This document shows, one piece after another, positions 39,261-47,841 of a DNA stretch of 55,770 nt. The stretch is from the NCBI GenBank assembly GCA_020348985.1, contig CP070761.1, positions 441,980-497,749 on the forward strand, given 5' to 3'. The position numbers and the translations under genes were made by a program. This DNA comes from Candidatus Thorarchaeota archaeon. Its GTDB lineage: Archaea; Asgardarchaeota; Thorarchaeia; Thorarchaeales; Thorarchaeaceae. Numbering within the stretch: the first letter of the stretch is position 1; the number at the start of each line of letters is the position of its first letter. A model generated the notes under the pieces. It had not been told where the DNA came from and made no database searches. It saw nothing but the letters and a program-made list of their open reading frames with translations.

Positions 39261-39281
39261 GAGGGGGCCGGAGACAGTGAG

Positions 39282-39674
39282 ATGGTGAAGATGAAGAATC
39301 CTGAAGAACCGGTCTTGGTTCCTCCAATCGAACTATATGACTACGATGAATTTAGAGAGCTTGCTAGAAGAGCTGCCATTCTGACATACTATCCTGATTA
39401 CTTTGTAAGTCCATTCATGGATGAGCAAAAGAAGATGAAACGTCTGACACTTCATGCAGTGGGTGTAATTGTCAATGGTCTGCCGATGACATTCCGTTTT
39501 GTCGTAAATGGTGACGACCTGCTAGACACTTCGAAAACGTGGGCAGATCAGACCGATGAAGTCGATCGTTTCCTATCTGGAGTTGTGGAGGAATTGGAGC
39601 GTGAGGGCATGCTAGTTCGAGGAACTCCAGAATCTGGTCCTAGTCTGGGCGAAGGACTACTCATGAGGCCATGA
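39282..39674 (+). CDS. Hypothetical protein
   Basis: Coding-like ORF; ATG at 39282 after a G-rich leader. Confidence 0.65.
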   Translation: MVKMKNPEEPVLVPPIELYDYDEFRELARRAAILTYYPDYFVSPFMDEQKKMKRLTLHAVGVIVNGLPMTFRFVVNGDDLLDTSKTWADQTDEVDRFLSGVVEELEREGMLVRGTPESGPSLGEGLLMRP

Positions 39675-39816
39675 TTCTCACCTAAGAAAGAACCCTGCAT
39701 CTATCCACCCAATCTCACTAGACTCCGAAAGTCAAAACTCACTGTCCAGTTTTCAGAGTCTCTGGCAACAACCAACACGATTATGTGTTTATGAGCCAAA
39801 TTCTATCTGACAAAGA

Positions 39817-40338
39817 TTGAATGACGTAGAGCCGGTTGAAGACATCGTACCCCGCATACTTCAGATGTATTCAGACAAGCCAAGAGGATGGCGTGTCTTG
39901 TCTACACCAAAAGGTGACATGTTAGTCCTTGGGCCCGATTCCGCCTTCCAATTGAAGCTCATTCCCCTTAATCCGAGTGAATTCACAGGCGCCGGAATGG
40001 AACTCTCTAAATCTTCTCGAGTACTTGACCAGATTCGGCGGTCTCCTGAGTTTGGTCTCAGACCGCTGTTCGATTCCGACATCGAGAAACTCCTGAGATC
40101 CATATCCACTCCCGACGGTGCGCTTCCCCATCTTCAATCCATAATCAAGAGAACTCCTCTTTCCCCCGTTGAGCTTGCTAGAACGGACACTACCCACCTG
40201 CTAACTGGGCCGGTTTTGACTCGGCCTGACTTCCACACCCTAAGCTCCGAAACTAAACGACTACAGCAGTCCTTGGAGAGAGAAGCCATGGAGACCTTCA
40301 GGCGACGATATCCAATGAGAGCTGGCATGTATTTCTGA
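39817..40338 (+). CDS. Hypothetical protein (probably conserved in archaea)
   Basis: GWRVL..FQLK..P.NP...G.G..FGLRP pattern. Confidence 0.65.
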   Translation: MNDVEPVEDIVPRILQMYSDKPRGWRVLSTPKGDMLVLGPDSAFQLKLIPLNPSEFTGAGMELSKSSRVLDQIRRSPEFGLRPLFDSDIEKLLRSISTPDGALPHLQSIIKRTPLSPVELARTDTTHLLTGPVLTRPDFHTLSSETKRLQQSLEREAMETFRRRYPMRAGMYF

Positions 40339-40398
40339 AAGCCATAGGGTACCCTTTTTGTCAAATTTGACGACTGGGGGGAAACAGACTAGAATCAG

Positions 40399-40475
40399 TG
40401 GTGGGCCGGGGGAGACTTGAACTCCCGACCACTGCACTGTCAATGCAGTATCATAGCCAACTAGACCACCGGCCC
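40399..40475 (-). tRNA. tRNA-Val(GAC)
   Basis: CTGCA-TT-GAC-AG-TGCAG, GGGCCGG acceptor, encoded CCA. Confidence 0.95.
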
Positions 40476-41004
40476 GGACAGGTCCTCAACCCACTGAGGA
40501 GAATTAAAAACATTGCCATCTATCAGCCAAGATGAACGAACATGGTAACACAGCGCAAGAATTGTTCGCGGTATGCATTGCTTACTGTGATTCAATTCGT
40601 ACTGTTCTTGATAATTCTCTCCTATGTGACAAATATGAGTCCTCTATGGCATTATGCCGTTTTGGCTGTACCTACAGTGGGTGCTATTGCTACTGCAACT
40701 GTTTACATGAATCGATGCGTCAAGAAGTCCAACTAGACCACCGGCCCAGTCAGGTCCTCAACCCACCTAAGAGAATTGAAATCGTTGCCATATATCTGCT
40801 AAGATGAATGAAAATGGAAGCAAAAAGCAAGAGGTGTTCGCAGTATAAACTGCTGACTGTAACTCAGTTCGCATTGTTCATGATACTCACCCCTTTCGTG
40901 ACCAACATGAGTCCATTATGGCATCAAGCTGTTAATGTTGCACCACTTGTTGGTGCCCTTGTTACGGCAATTCTGTACATGGATCGATGCGTCAAGAAGT
41001 CCAA
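40457..41004 (+). repeat. 272-bp tandem duplication including the tRNA-Val 5' end and a small ORF
   Basis: CCAACTAGACCACCGGCCC at 40457 and 40729; both units end ATCGATGCGTCAAGAAGTCCAA; junctions at 40457/40729/41001. Confidence 0.9.
40542..40736 (+). CDS. Small two-TM membrane protein, copy 1
   Basis: 64 aa; paralog of 40814-41026 with conserved CS.Y.LLTV.QF.LF, VTNMSPLWH, YM.RCVKKS. Confidence 0.75.
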   Translation: MVTQRKNCSRYALLTVIQFVLFLIILSYVTNMSPLWHYAVLAVPTVGAIATATVYMNRCVKKSN

Positions 41005-41026
41005 AAGCCTAGACGTAGAGAGATAG
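40814..41026 (+). CDS. Small two-TM membrane protein, copy 2
   Basis: Paralog of 40542-40736; frame preserved despite divergence. Confidence 0.75.
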   Translation: MEAKSKRCSQYKLLTVTQFALFMILTPFVTNMSPLWHQAVNVAPLVGALVTAILYMDRCVKKSKSLDVER

Positions 41027-42220
41027 TCCAGCTCGCGGATGCTTTCGAAGAATTCTCTTTACTAGAGCATTCCGCAGTGACCGGTAGGAATGAAGACCTG
41101 CGATCATTCTATACATTATTTCTCTAATGTGTTCATCATCATAGCCAAGACGGAGGATGGTTTCCATGTTCTTTTCGCTTTTGAACATCAGCTTCGCAAG
41201 ACTCTTTCCCACTTTCAAGTTGTCACCAAAATCTCTCTTCCAGTCCTTCTCATACATCCTAAGCAACCTAGGATCCTGTCTTTGGTTTGCCTGTTCTAGC
41301 GCTGTTGAGGCGTGAATGCCTGACATTACTGCCATTGACAGGCCTTCACCTGAAAAGGGACTTACAAACCCTGCAGCGTCTCCAACGATCAGTGTCCTGC
41401 CCAAGACAGTCTTCTTTGCCGCTCCAGAATAAGGAATGCGGGCGGACGTGTCAGAGATTATCTCTAGCTCGACTTCATTGTCCCTCTTGAACTGCTCTAA
41501 CCAATCAGTGAAGTGGCTACGCATGTTCTTAGCCAAATCTTGTCTGCATCCGGCGCCTAGACTCAATATAGACCTCTTCGGAAAACACCAGATGTATCCA
41601 TGAGGGACTTTGCCGAAGTAGATGTGAAGAGCAACACCGTCCTTATCGAAGGGCACACCGCAGATTCTCTCGACGGTCTCTTCACCGACTTCGGCTTCAA
41701 CCTCTATGCAAACAGCAGCAGAATCCTTCTTCCATCCATCGTAGAACCCGATCTCTTTGGCAACAGTGCTATTGATTCCGTCTGCACCGACAAGATACTT
41801 GGCTGAGATTGATTCGCCCTGTGATGTTGTGACAGTGACTCCATTCGAATCCTGAAGAGCTTTATCGATTCTGACGTCTTCCCGCACTTCTGCACCTGCA
41901 TCACGAGCTTTTCGTAGGAGCAAGTCATCAAATTCACTTCTCATGACCATGCATCCCGATTTCTCATCTTGAGTCGTGTCTACCATTAAGCCAGATGGAG
42001 AAAAGAGGTGATGGCCGTATACCTCTCGTTGGACGACTTCGTCAATACTGAAGTCGAGAGTATGTCGTACAAGCTCGATGACTCCCCCTGCACAAGGTTT
42101 AGCTCTCGGGAAGGTCTCTTTGTCCACCAGTAGAATACTGAGACCACTCTGTGCTACTCCTCTGGCAGTTGTTGATCCCGCGGGTCCGCCGCCGACTATT
42201 ATGACGTCGTAGTCTGGCAT
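41009..42220 (-). CDS. Geranylgeranyl reductase family FAD-dependent oxidoreductase
   Basis: VGGGPAGS, KPCAGG, GADG, YIWCFPK, GDAAGFVSPFSGEG. Confidence 0.92.
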   Translation of the reverse strand: MPDYDVIIVGGGPAGSTTARGVAQSGLSILLVDKETFPRAKPCAGGVIELVRHTLDFSIDEVVQREVYGHHLFSPSGLMVDTTQDEKSGCMVMRSEFDDLLLRKARDAGAEVREDVRIDKALQDSNGVTVTTSQGESISAKYLVGADGINSTVAKEIGFYDGWKKDSAAVCIEVEAEVGEETVERICGVPFDKDGVALHIYFGKVPHGYIWCFPKRSILSLGAGCRQDLAKNMRSHFTDWLEQFKRDNEVELEIISDTSARIPYSGAAKKTVLGRTLIVGDAAGFVSPFSGEGLSMAVMSGIHASTALEQANQRQDPRLLRMYEKDWKRDFGDNLKVGKSLAKLMFKSEKNMETILRLGYDDEHIREIMYRMIAGLHSYRSLRNALVKRILRKHPRAGLSLYV

Positions 42221-42287
42221 AATGCTCCCTCGGAAAATGGACTAGTCGAAATCAGATTCGCGTTCCGATATTAGTAGGTTGCTCCCT

Positions 42288-42737
42288 CTAAAGTCCTGTT
42301 GAACCGAACCCGTCTTCGCCTCTCTCGGTGTCTTCTAGGGTATCGGAGGCGACGAACTCGACCTTTGGAACTGACCTAACGGCCAATTGAGCAATTCGCA
42401 TTCCCTTTTCTACCTTGAATGATTTCTCGCCATGATTGATCAGTATGACTTTGACCTCGCCCCGATAACCACTATCGATAGTTCCAGGAGTGTTGAGAGT
42501 CGTGATACCTTCACGCATTGCAAGACCACTTCTAGGTCTGACCTGTCCTTCGAATCCTTTTGGGATCTCCATGGCCAGGCCTGTAGAAATCGGTTTGCGC
42601 ATCCCTGGCTGCAACTCACAATCAACAGCTGAGAACAAATCAAAGGCCACATCGCCTTCTTTGGCTTTTCTTGGAAGAACTGCATCAGGCGAAAGCCGCT
42701 TTACACGAACGGTGACGGTATCGTTTCCCATGGTCAC
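42288..42737 (-). CDS. dut: dUTP diphosphatase (trimeric)
   Basis: AFDL, RPRSGLA, GTIDSGYRGE, RIAQL, RGEDGFGSTG. Confidence 0.96.
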   Translation of the reverse strand: MTMGNDTVTVRVKRLSPDAVLPRKAKEGDVAFDLFSAVDCELQPGMRKPISTGLAMEIPKGFEGQVRPRSGLAMREGITTLNTPGTIDSGYRGEVKVILINHGEKSFKVEKGMRIAQLAVRSVPKVEFVASDTLEDTERGEDGFGSTGL

Positions 42738-42942
42738 TACAAACCTATCGCCATGTGTGGCGATGCGCTAGAAATAGTATATGGTCATTGGAACTTCAGA
42801 AAGCAAGTTCTATCAAACCAAGGCCAAGACATTCTCTTTTGGCAAGTAACACCCTGAAACTTTTAAGGAGGATGAACAACCAACCTGAAACCATTCTGAG
42901 TAAGGCCGAAAATCCACATACAAACAGAATGCAGATCTTCGG

Positions 42943-43443
42943 GTGAGTATTTTGGCAACACCGATACAACTTCTCATTGGATTCATGAATTGGCTGCATC
43001 TCATCGCAACAGTAGCATGGTTTGGAGGACTGACTGTAAATGTCCTAATCCTCATGCCATCTATGCAAGCTACTCTAGATCCCCCTACAGCCGGAAAACT
43101 TCTGAACACATACATGGGTCGATTCCGACGATTAGTGTACGTAAGTATCCTAGTTCTTGTTCTCACTGGTGCCGCAATTGCTTGGATAATGAACCCAGCA
43201 TACCTCGAACTCTCAAGTGAGTGGTCCATAATTATGGCAATCAAACATGTGATCGTTGCAATAGCTATCATTGCTACTCTATACAGCTTTGAGATATTGG
43301 CACCAAAAGTGGCAAGGCTGGCAGCACAGGGTCCCTCTCCCGAGCTAGCAAAGCTGCAGCAAATACAAATGACAGCTGCGAGAGTTGCTTTCATTGTAGC
43401 ATTGCTGATTCTGCTGTTGACTGGAATTCAGACAGCACTTTGA
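42943..43443 (+). CDS. CopD/DUF4149-like four-TM membrane protein
   Basis: WLHLIATVAWFGG, LVLTG, K-containing TM3. Confidence 0.75.
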   Translation: MSILATPIQLLIGFMNWLHLIATVAWFGGLTVNVLILMPSMQATLDPPTAGKLLNTYMGRFRRLVYVSILVLVLTGAAIAWIMNPAYLELSSEWSIIMAIKHVIVAIAIIATLYSFEILAPKVARLAAQGPSPELAKLQQIQMTAARVAFIVALLILLLTGIQTAL

Positions 43444-43470
43444 TTTGCAGGCAACTTCATCAAATGTAAA

Positions 43471-43496
43471 TCGTGCCACGGTTGAGAATTGAACAC
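43471..43496 (-). repeat. Degenerate copy of tRNA-Phe 3' end (att-like)
   Basis: TCGTGCCACGGTTGAGAATTGAACAC vs TGGTGCCGCGGGTGTGATTTGAACAC at 43979 (21/26, no gaps). Confidence 0.8.
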
Positions 43497-43560
43497 GATA
43501 GCAATAATCGCGTCAAATGTGATAAGCGGGAATGGCGAATCCAGCCATTCCCAATTGACT

Positions 43561-43899
43561 TCAGACACGACTCAGATAATCCTCTCGGGGAGGACTGAAA
43601 GCCTCGATAAGAACTGCAGGGTCATCTCCTAGAGCATCAAAGCTGTGAGGCGCTTTTGGAGGTATCCAGAATGAAGTCCCTGTCTCAATCTCTCTGGATT
43701 CATTATTGATGTGCAGAATGCCTTTCCCCTCCAATAGGTAGCCCATTTGCTCATGAGGATGTGAATGAGGAGGTGTTGGAATTCCTGGCTCGATGGTTAG
43801 TTTCATCATCATAGCGTTTTCGCCAACAATGAGAATGACTCCGTGTCTTCCCTTTACGGTTTCAAGCTTAGGTGCTTCGTGAGCTTTCACAATGCGCAT
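43561..43899 (-). CDS. Cupin domain protein
   Basis: HSHPHEQMGY..EG, IPPKAPH, FSPPREDY; start MRIVK (the listed longer ORF runs into tRNA-Phe). Confidence 0.92.
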   Translation of the reverse strand: MRIVKAHEAPKLETVKGRHGVILIVGENAMMMKLTIEPGIPTPPHSHPHEQMGYLLEGKGILHINNESREIETGTSFWIPPKAPHSFDALGDDPAVLIEAFSPPREDYLSRV

Positions 43900-43978
43900 T
43901 ATAACCAAGTCCACATTATTTGAAGGGTCTATTGAGGCGTTTATTGAGTTTGGCCGTATAGAAACTAGAAGTTTGGAA

Positions 43979-44055
43979 TGGTGCCGCGGGTGTGATTTGA
44001 ACACACGACAACACGGTCTTCAGCCGTGCGATCTCCCTGGCTAATCTACCGCGGC
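43979..44055 (-). tRNA. tRNA-Phe(GAA)
   Basis: CACGG-CT-GAA-GA-CCGTG, GCCGCGG acceptor, encoded CCA. Confidence 0.95.
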
Positions 44056-44112
44056 TCGGCTGAGAATGCCTACCGTCCGGCTGCTGATATAAAGATAGCG
44101 CAGTGCCCATGT

Positions 44113-44631
44113 CTACTTAATCTTGTAATTCATGAAGCTCGCGATGACCGCTGAGAGGATGGCGGCAATATTGACTGCAAGCGGATAGATGAAGAGAGAA
44201 TCAATGAACGCAAGAGTCGCCAACCATGACGGCACGTTTGTGGATTCAGCCACACCAAACGGCACAAAGTAAATTGCAAAGAAGACGCACGTCAGCAGCC
44301 CAACGCCCGCAAAAGCTGGCATATCTTCAGAAGATCTCGCAAACGAGGAGAGCTTCGAAATCCAATTCGATTTGGCTCTCTGACGTCTTCTGATCTTCTT
44401 TCTCGAGACTATGAATGACCAACGATACATTGCCTCTGCAATTATGACGTACGCTCCACCAAGGACCGCAGTGGCACCAAGAGCAACGATAAACTGAAGC
44501 TCAGCACTCAGAACTTGGACGTAGGTCTGTGCATGCCAAAGGATTGGTATCTGAGCGAACCCTGCCAACCCAACGAAGATGAGAATGAGTCCGGGTTTGC
44601 TGCCGCGTCTCCACCATACTGCTAGGCTCAT
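44113..44631 (-). CDS. Hypothetical membrane protein
   Basis: Four hydrophobic segments with a basic loop. Confidence 0.7.
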   Translation of the reverse strand: MSLAVWWRRGSKPGLILIFVGLAGFAQIPILWHAQTYVQVLSAELQFIVALGATAVLGGAYVIIAEAMYRWSFIVSRKKIRRRQRAKSNWISKLSSFARSSEDMPAFAGVGLLTCVFFAIYFVPFGVAESTNVPSWLATLAFIDSLFIYPLAVNIAAILSAVIASFMNYKIK

Positions 44632-44703
44632 GGAAATCCACCTGGTCTGTAGAATGGTCCAGCAGACCTGAGGTTCGCACTTTAAGGTTTTGGAACTGGT
44701 TAG

Positions 44704-45282
44704 CTATGCTGGCCTCTTTTTAGCCTCAATGCGAAACCAATACCTGTTCCCTTCTGCTCTGACCAGGTCAAACCCGATTCGAGAGAGAACGAGAGACACA
44801 GTATCGAGTGTCTGATCTTGCTTACCAGCCACACCGTACCCGGTTTTGGAAACCTCACCATCAGGAAATTCAAAAACAGTCTCCATTATGTGTCGATTTT
44901 CAGTAGTTGTGATGTTGCTTGCCATGATTGAAAGAAGGCCGTCCTTCTTCATGGTTCGATGAGCCTGCCTCAATAGTCTCTCCTTGTCTTCCCAGTTACT
45001 GACATAACCCAGCATAAACCAAGCTGTCACCGTTTCGAAAGATGCGTCCTTAATACAGAGATACCTGCCATCTGCTAGTACCCATTGCGATTCAGGTGCA
45101 TGTATCTGAGCCTCCAATATCTCATTTGGATTCAAATCGACTGCACAAACTCTAGAACCTTCAATACGGGACACAAGCCCTTCACATCCGCCTCCAATGT
45201 CTAGAATTGGGTCATTACCTGGTATCCTTTCAAGTCTTATCTCTTGAACTGGAGTTCGAAACACTGAGCGCTTGCTGACCAA
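44704..45282 (-). CDS. Class I SAM-dependent methyltransferase
   Basis: ILDIGGGCEG, AVD, ADGR.L...DASFE, MKKDG. Confidence 0.85.
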   Translation of the reverse strand: MVSKRSVFRTPVQEIRLERIPGNDPILDIGGGCEGLVSRIEGSRVCAVDLNPNEILEAQIHAPESQWVLADGRYLCIKDASFETVTAWFMLGYVSNWEDKERLLRQAHRTMKKDGLLSIMASNITTTENRHIMETVFEFPDGEVSKTGYGVAGKQDQTLDTVSLVLSRIGFDLVRAEGNRYWFRIEAKKRPA

Positions 45283-45413
45283 CTTGGTTGTATGCCCCCT
45301 TTGTCATCTGATTATTGTGACACGAGCACATATGATTGTCGAGGAGATCAGGAGATCGATGTCATGATAGGATATATCTATGCTAATACTGTGAACCGCC
45401 TGACTGCCGTGAG

Positions 45414-46502
45414 TTGGTGAGACTTGTGCCAAGAATCGTTTCGGTTTCCACTGAGATCGCGCGGACGAGGCTCGTCAACGAGGATTTTGTCACAACATAT
45501 GGACGAGAACCTGTTGTAAGGTTCCACGTAATTGTGCGCGTCAAATCGGATACCGGAATCATTGGGATTGGCGAAGCATGTCCTCTTCCGTTCACTCCTG
45601 ACGATGACCATGAACGAATTAGGCATGCAATTGACAATGACCTGGGTCCACTTCTGGTCGGAGAAGACCCATTTGATCTTGGAGCAATCCATGGAAAGAT
45701 GAACCGCATTCCTTTGCCTGGAAAGACTGCACTCGCAGGAATTGACATTGCAGTCTATGACTTGATCGGCAAGACCCGTGGGGTTCCAGTCTATGAAATC
45801 CTTGGAGGAACGAAACGTGAAAGCGTTGAAGTTGCGTCTGCTCTGGGAATTGGTTCCCTTTCATTCATTGTGAAGAGCGCTGAAGAGAAACTGGCTAAGG
45901 GAGCAAAGGCAATCAAAATCAAAGTGGGTATCGACATTGACAAGGATATAGAGACCATGAAGGCTGTCAGGGATGCTGTAGGTGACTTGATCAAGATTCG
46001 CGCAGATGCGAACACGGGCTATTCCCTCAAGGCAGCCACAAGGGTGTTAAGAGCGGCTGAACGGATAGGACTCGAGTATCTCGAGCAGCCTCTTGCGGCG
46101 AATGATTATGACGGACTTGCTCATCTTCGGAAGAACAGCAGTGTTCCAATAATGGCTGACGAGTCGCTGCAGACGGTAGAGGATGCAAGAAGACTCATTG
46201 AGCATGAGGCAGTAGACCTCTTCGGTCTGAAGCTCATCAAGCATGGCGGAATATATCCCACTAGGACAATATCCACTTTGGCAGAAGAGAATGGGATTGA
46301 ATGCGTTCTGATTAGTCCTTGGGAGACACAAATTGGTGTGGCCGCAGGAGTTCATCTCATAATCTCATCTTCAAACTTCAATCATCCTCATGAGACCGGA
46401 ATTCGTGAGCTGAAGAATGACCCAATACAGGGTCTCAAAGAAGAAATGGGAATCATCCAACCACCTACTGGTTCAGGACTTGGAGTATCTTTCAAGAATT
46501 AA
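45414..46502 (+). CDS. Enolase-superfamily (MR/MLE) enzyme, dipeptide epimerase-like
   Basis: GIGEA, GIDIAVYDLIGK, KIKVG, DAN, EQP, ADES, K..K.GG. Confidence 0.85.
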   Translation: MVRLVPRIVSVSTEIARTRLVNEDFVTTYGREPVVRFHVIVRVKSDTGIIGIGEACPLPFTPDDDHERIRHAIDNDLGPLLVGEDPFDLGAIHGKMNRIPLPGKTALAGIDIAVYDLIGKTRGVPVYEILGGTKRESVEVASALGIGSLSFIVKSAEEKLAKGAKAIKIKVGIDIDKDIETMKAVRDAVGDLIKIRADANTGYSLKAATRVLRAAERIGLEYLEQPLAANDYDGLAHLRKNSSVPIMADESLQTVEDARRLIEHEAVDLFGLKLIKHGGIYPTRTISTLAEENGIECVLISPWETQIGVAAGVHLIISSSNFNHPHETGIRELKNDPIQGLKEEMGIIQPPTGSGLGVSFKN

Positions 46503-46558
46503 GGAACAGATTGACAAGTCTTATGTCAGACTAACACACTCTAGCCGATGAGAAGTAG

Positions 46559-47110
46559 ATGGACGAGTTCAGACACGAAACGACTCTGAAAGATGGCACT
46601 CTCGTCCTAATTCGCTTATATGAACCAGGAGACTCCGAAGAAATCTATGCGGGGCTCAGGAGGCTTTCCGATAGCACGACATATCTCAGATTCATGACAT
46701 GTTTGAACAGTCTCCCCAACGAACGCTTGCTCGAACTCAAGAAGATTGATCATGATCATCACCTGGCCATCTGTGCATTCGACTTGAGTAAAGACCCAAT
46801 GGTTGGTATGGGCATTGCACGCTATGTAAGAATGGAAAGTGACTCTCTGATTGCAGAAGCAGCAGTTACCATTCTTGATGAGTATCAAAACAAAGGTCTT
46901 GGAACTGAACTCCTCTACATTCTGACGAAGCTCGCTAGTCAAAAAGGCGTGACTCATCTGAGGGCGCACGTCTTATCAACCAACAAACCGATACTAGCTA
47001 TTGCCAGAAAAGTTGGAAGTAAGATCAGTCACTACGAAGGCCAAGTTCTTCAGGTTGATTGGCCAGTAGATGAGGCCTTGGAAACGTTCATCCGCGCAAG
47101 AGGAAGCTGA
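46559..47110 (+). CDS. GNAT acetyltransferase
   Basis: TLKDG..V.IR, AEAAVTILDEYQNKGLG, VL.TN. Confidence 0.88.
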   Translation: MDEFRHETTLKDGTLVLIRLYEPGDSEEIYAGLRRLSDSTTYLRFMTCLNSLPNERLLELKKIDHDHHLAICAFDLSKDPMVGMGIARYVRMESDSLIAEAAVTILDEYQNKGLGTELLYILTKLASQKGVTHLRAHVLSTNKPILAIARKVGSKISHYEGQVLQVDWPVDEALETFIRARGS

Positions 47111-47117
47111 ATAGACC

Positions 47118-47774
47118 ATGACTCAGGATGAACCTATTGCCACAGAAACACAAACCGTCTATTGTGGAATTCACGCAAGGTATCATGGTAGAGATGCGAG
47201 ATGGTTTGCAACGATTTCTTTTGCGACTATGCTGATGGCTTACATAGCAATGGCTGGTTCTTCTATCAGTTACTTAGGCCTTACCTTCGACATTGGCACA
47301 TTGATAGGTCTAGGTCCATTTGTCCTCACAGAATCGATGATCATGATTCCGATTCACTTTCTCGTCTCGATGCTCTTCTTTGCGGGAGGAATCGAATGGT
47401 ATGTTCTGTGCAGACACTGCCCCTGCTATGAGCACTCGGGAAAGGAACATGGAAACGACAAGAGATTCTACTGTCTTGCCAACTGGGGAAGTCCCAAGCT
47501 GTTCAAGTACGATCCATCTCCAGTCAGCCGCGCAGGCCAAGCAATCTTCTTGATATGGGGGATTGGCTACGCGTTCTTGTTTCCACTAATCTACCTCTGG
47601 GACCGTCTTGACTGGCTCCTTGCGTACTTGATTGTCACCTTCGCATTCTTGGCCACACTGCGGCATTGGGCCTGCTCGAGTTGCCCCAACTTCGGATGTC
47701 CCCTGAACCATGTCCCCAGTGAGAACAGAGAGGAGTTCATGAAGAAGCTTGAGTCCGGAGAAATCTACACATAA
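47118..47774 (+). CDS. Cys-motif membrane protein, unknown function
   Basis: Four TM with LCRHCPCY and CSSCPNFGCPLN motifs. Confidence 0.75.
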   Translation: MTQDEPIATETQTVYCGIHARYHGRDARWFATISFATMLMAYIAMAGSSISYLGLTFDIGTLIGLGPFVLTESMIMIPIHFLVSMLFFAGGIEWYVLCRHCPCYEHSGKEHGNDKRFYCLANWGSPKLFKYDPSPVSRAGQAIFLIWGIGYAFLFPLIYLWDRLDWLLAYLIVTFAFLATLRHWACSSCPNFGCPLNHVPSENREEFMKKLESGEIYT

Positions 47775-47841
47775 CACGACGAGTTTCGCGCCTATGCTTG
47801 CTCAGTAACTACGACTTAACTATCAGCACTTCAGGTGAGGC

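Noticed and set aside
44665-44691. TGGTCCAGCAG...GGTTCG as a tRNA fragment
   Set aside because: Spacing does not fit acceptor/T-arm geometry.
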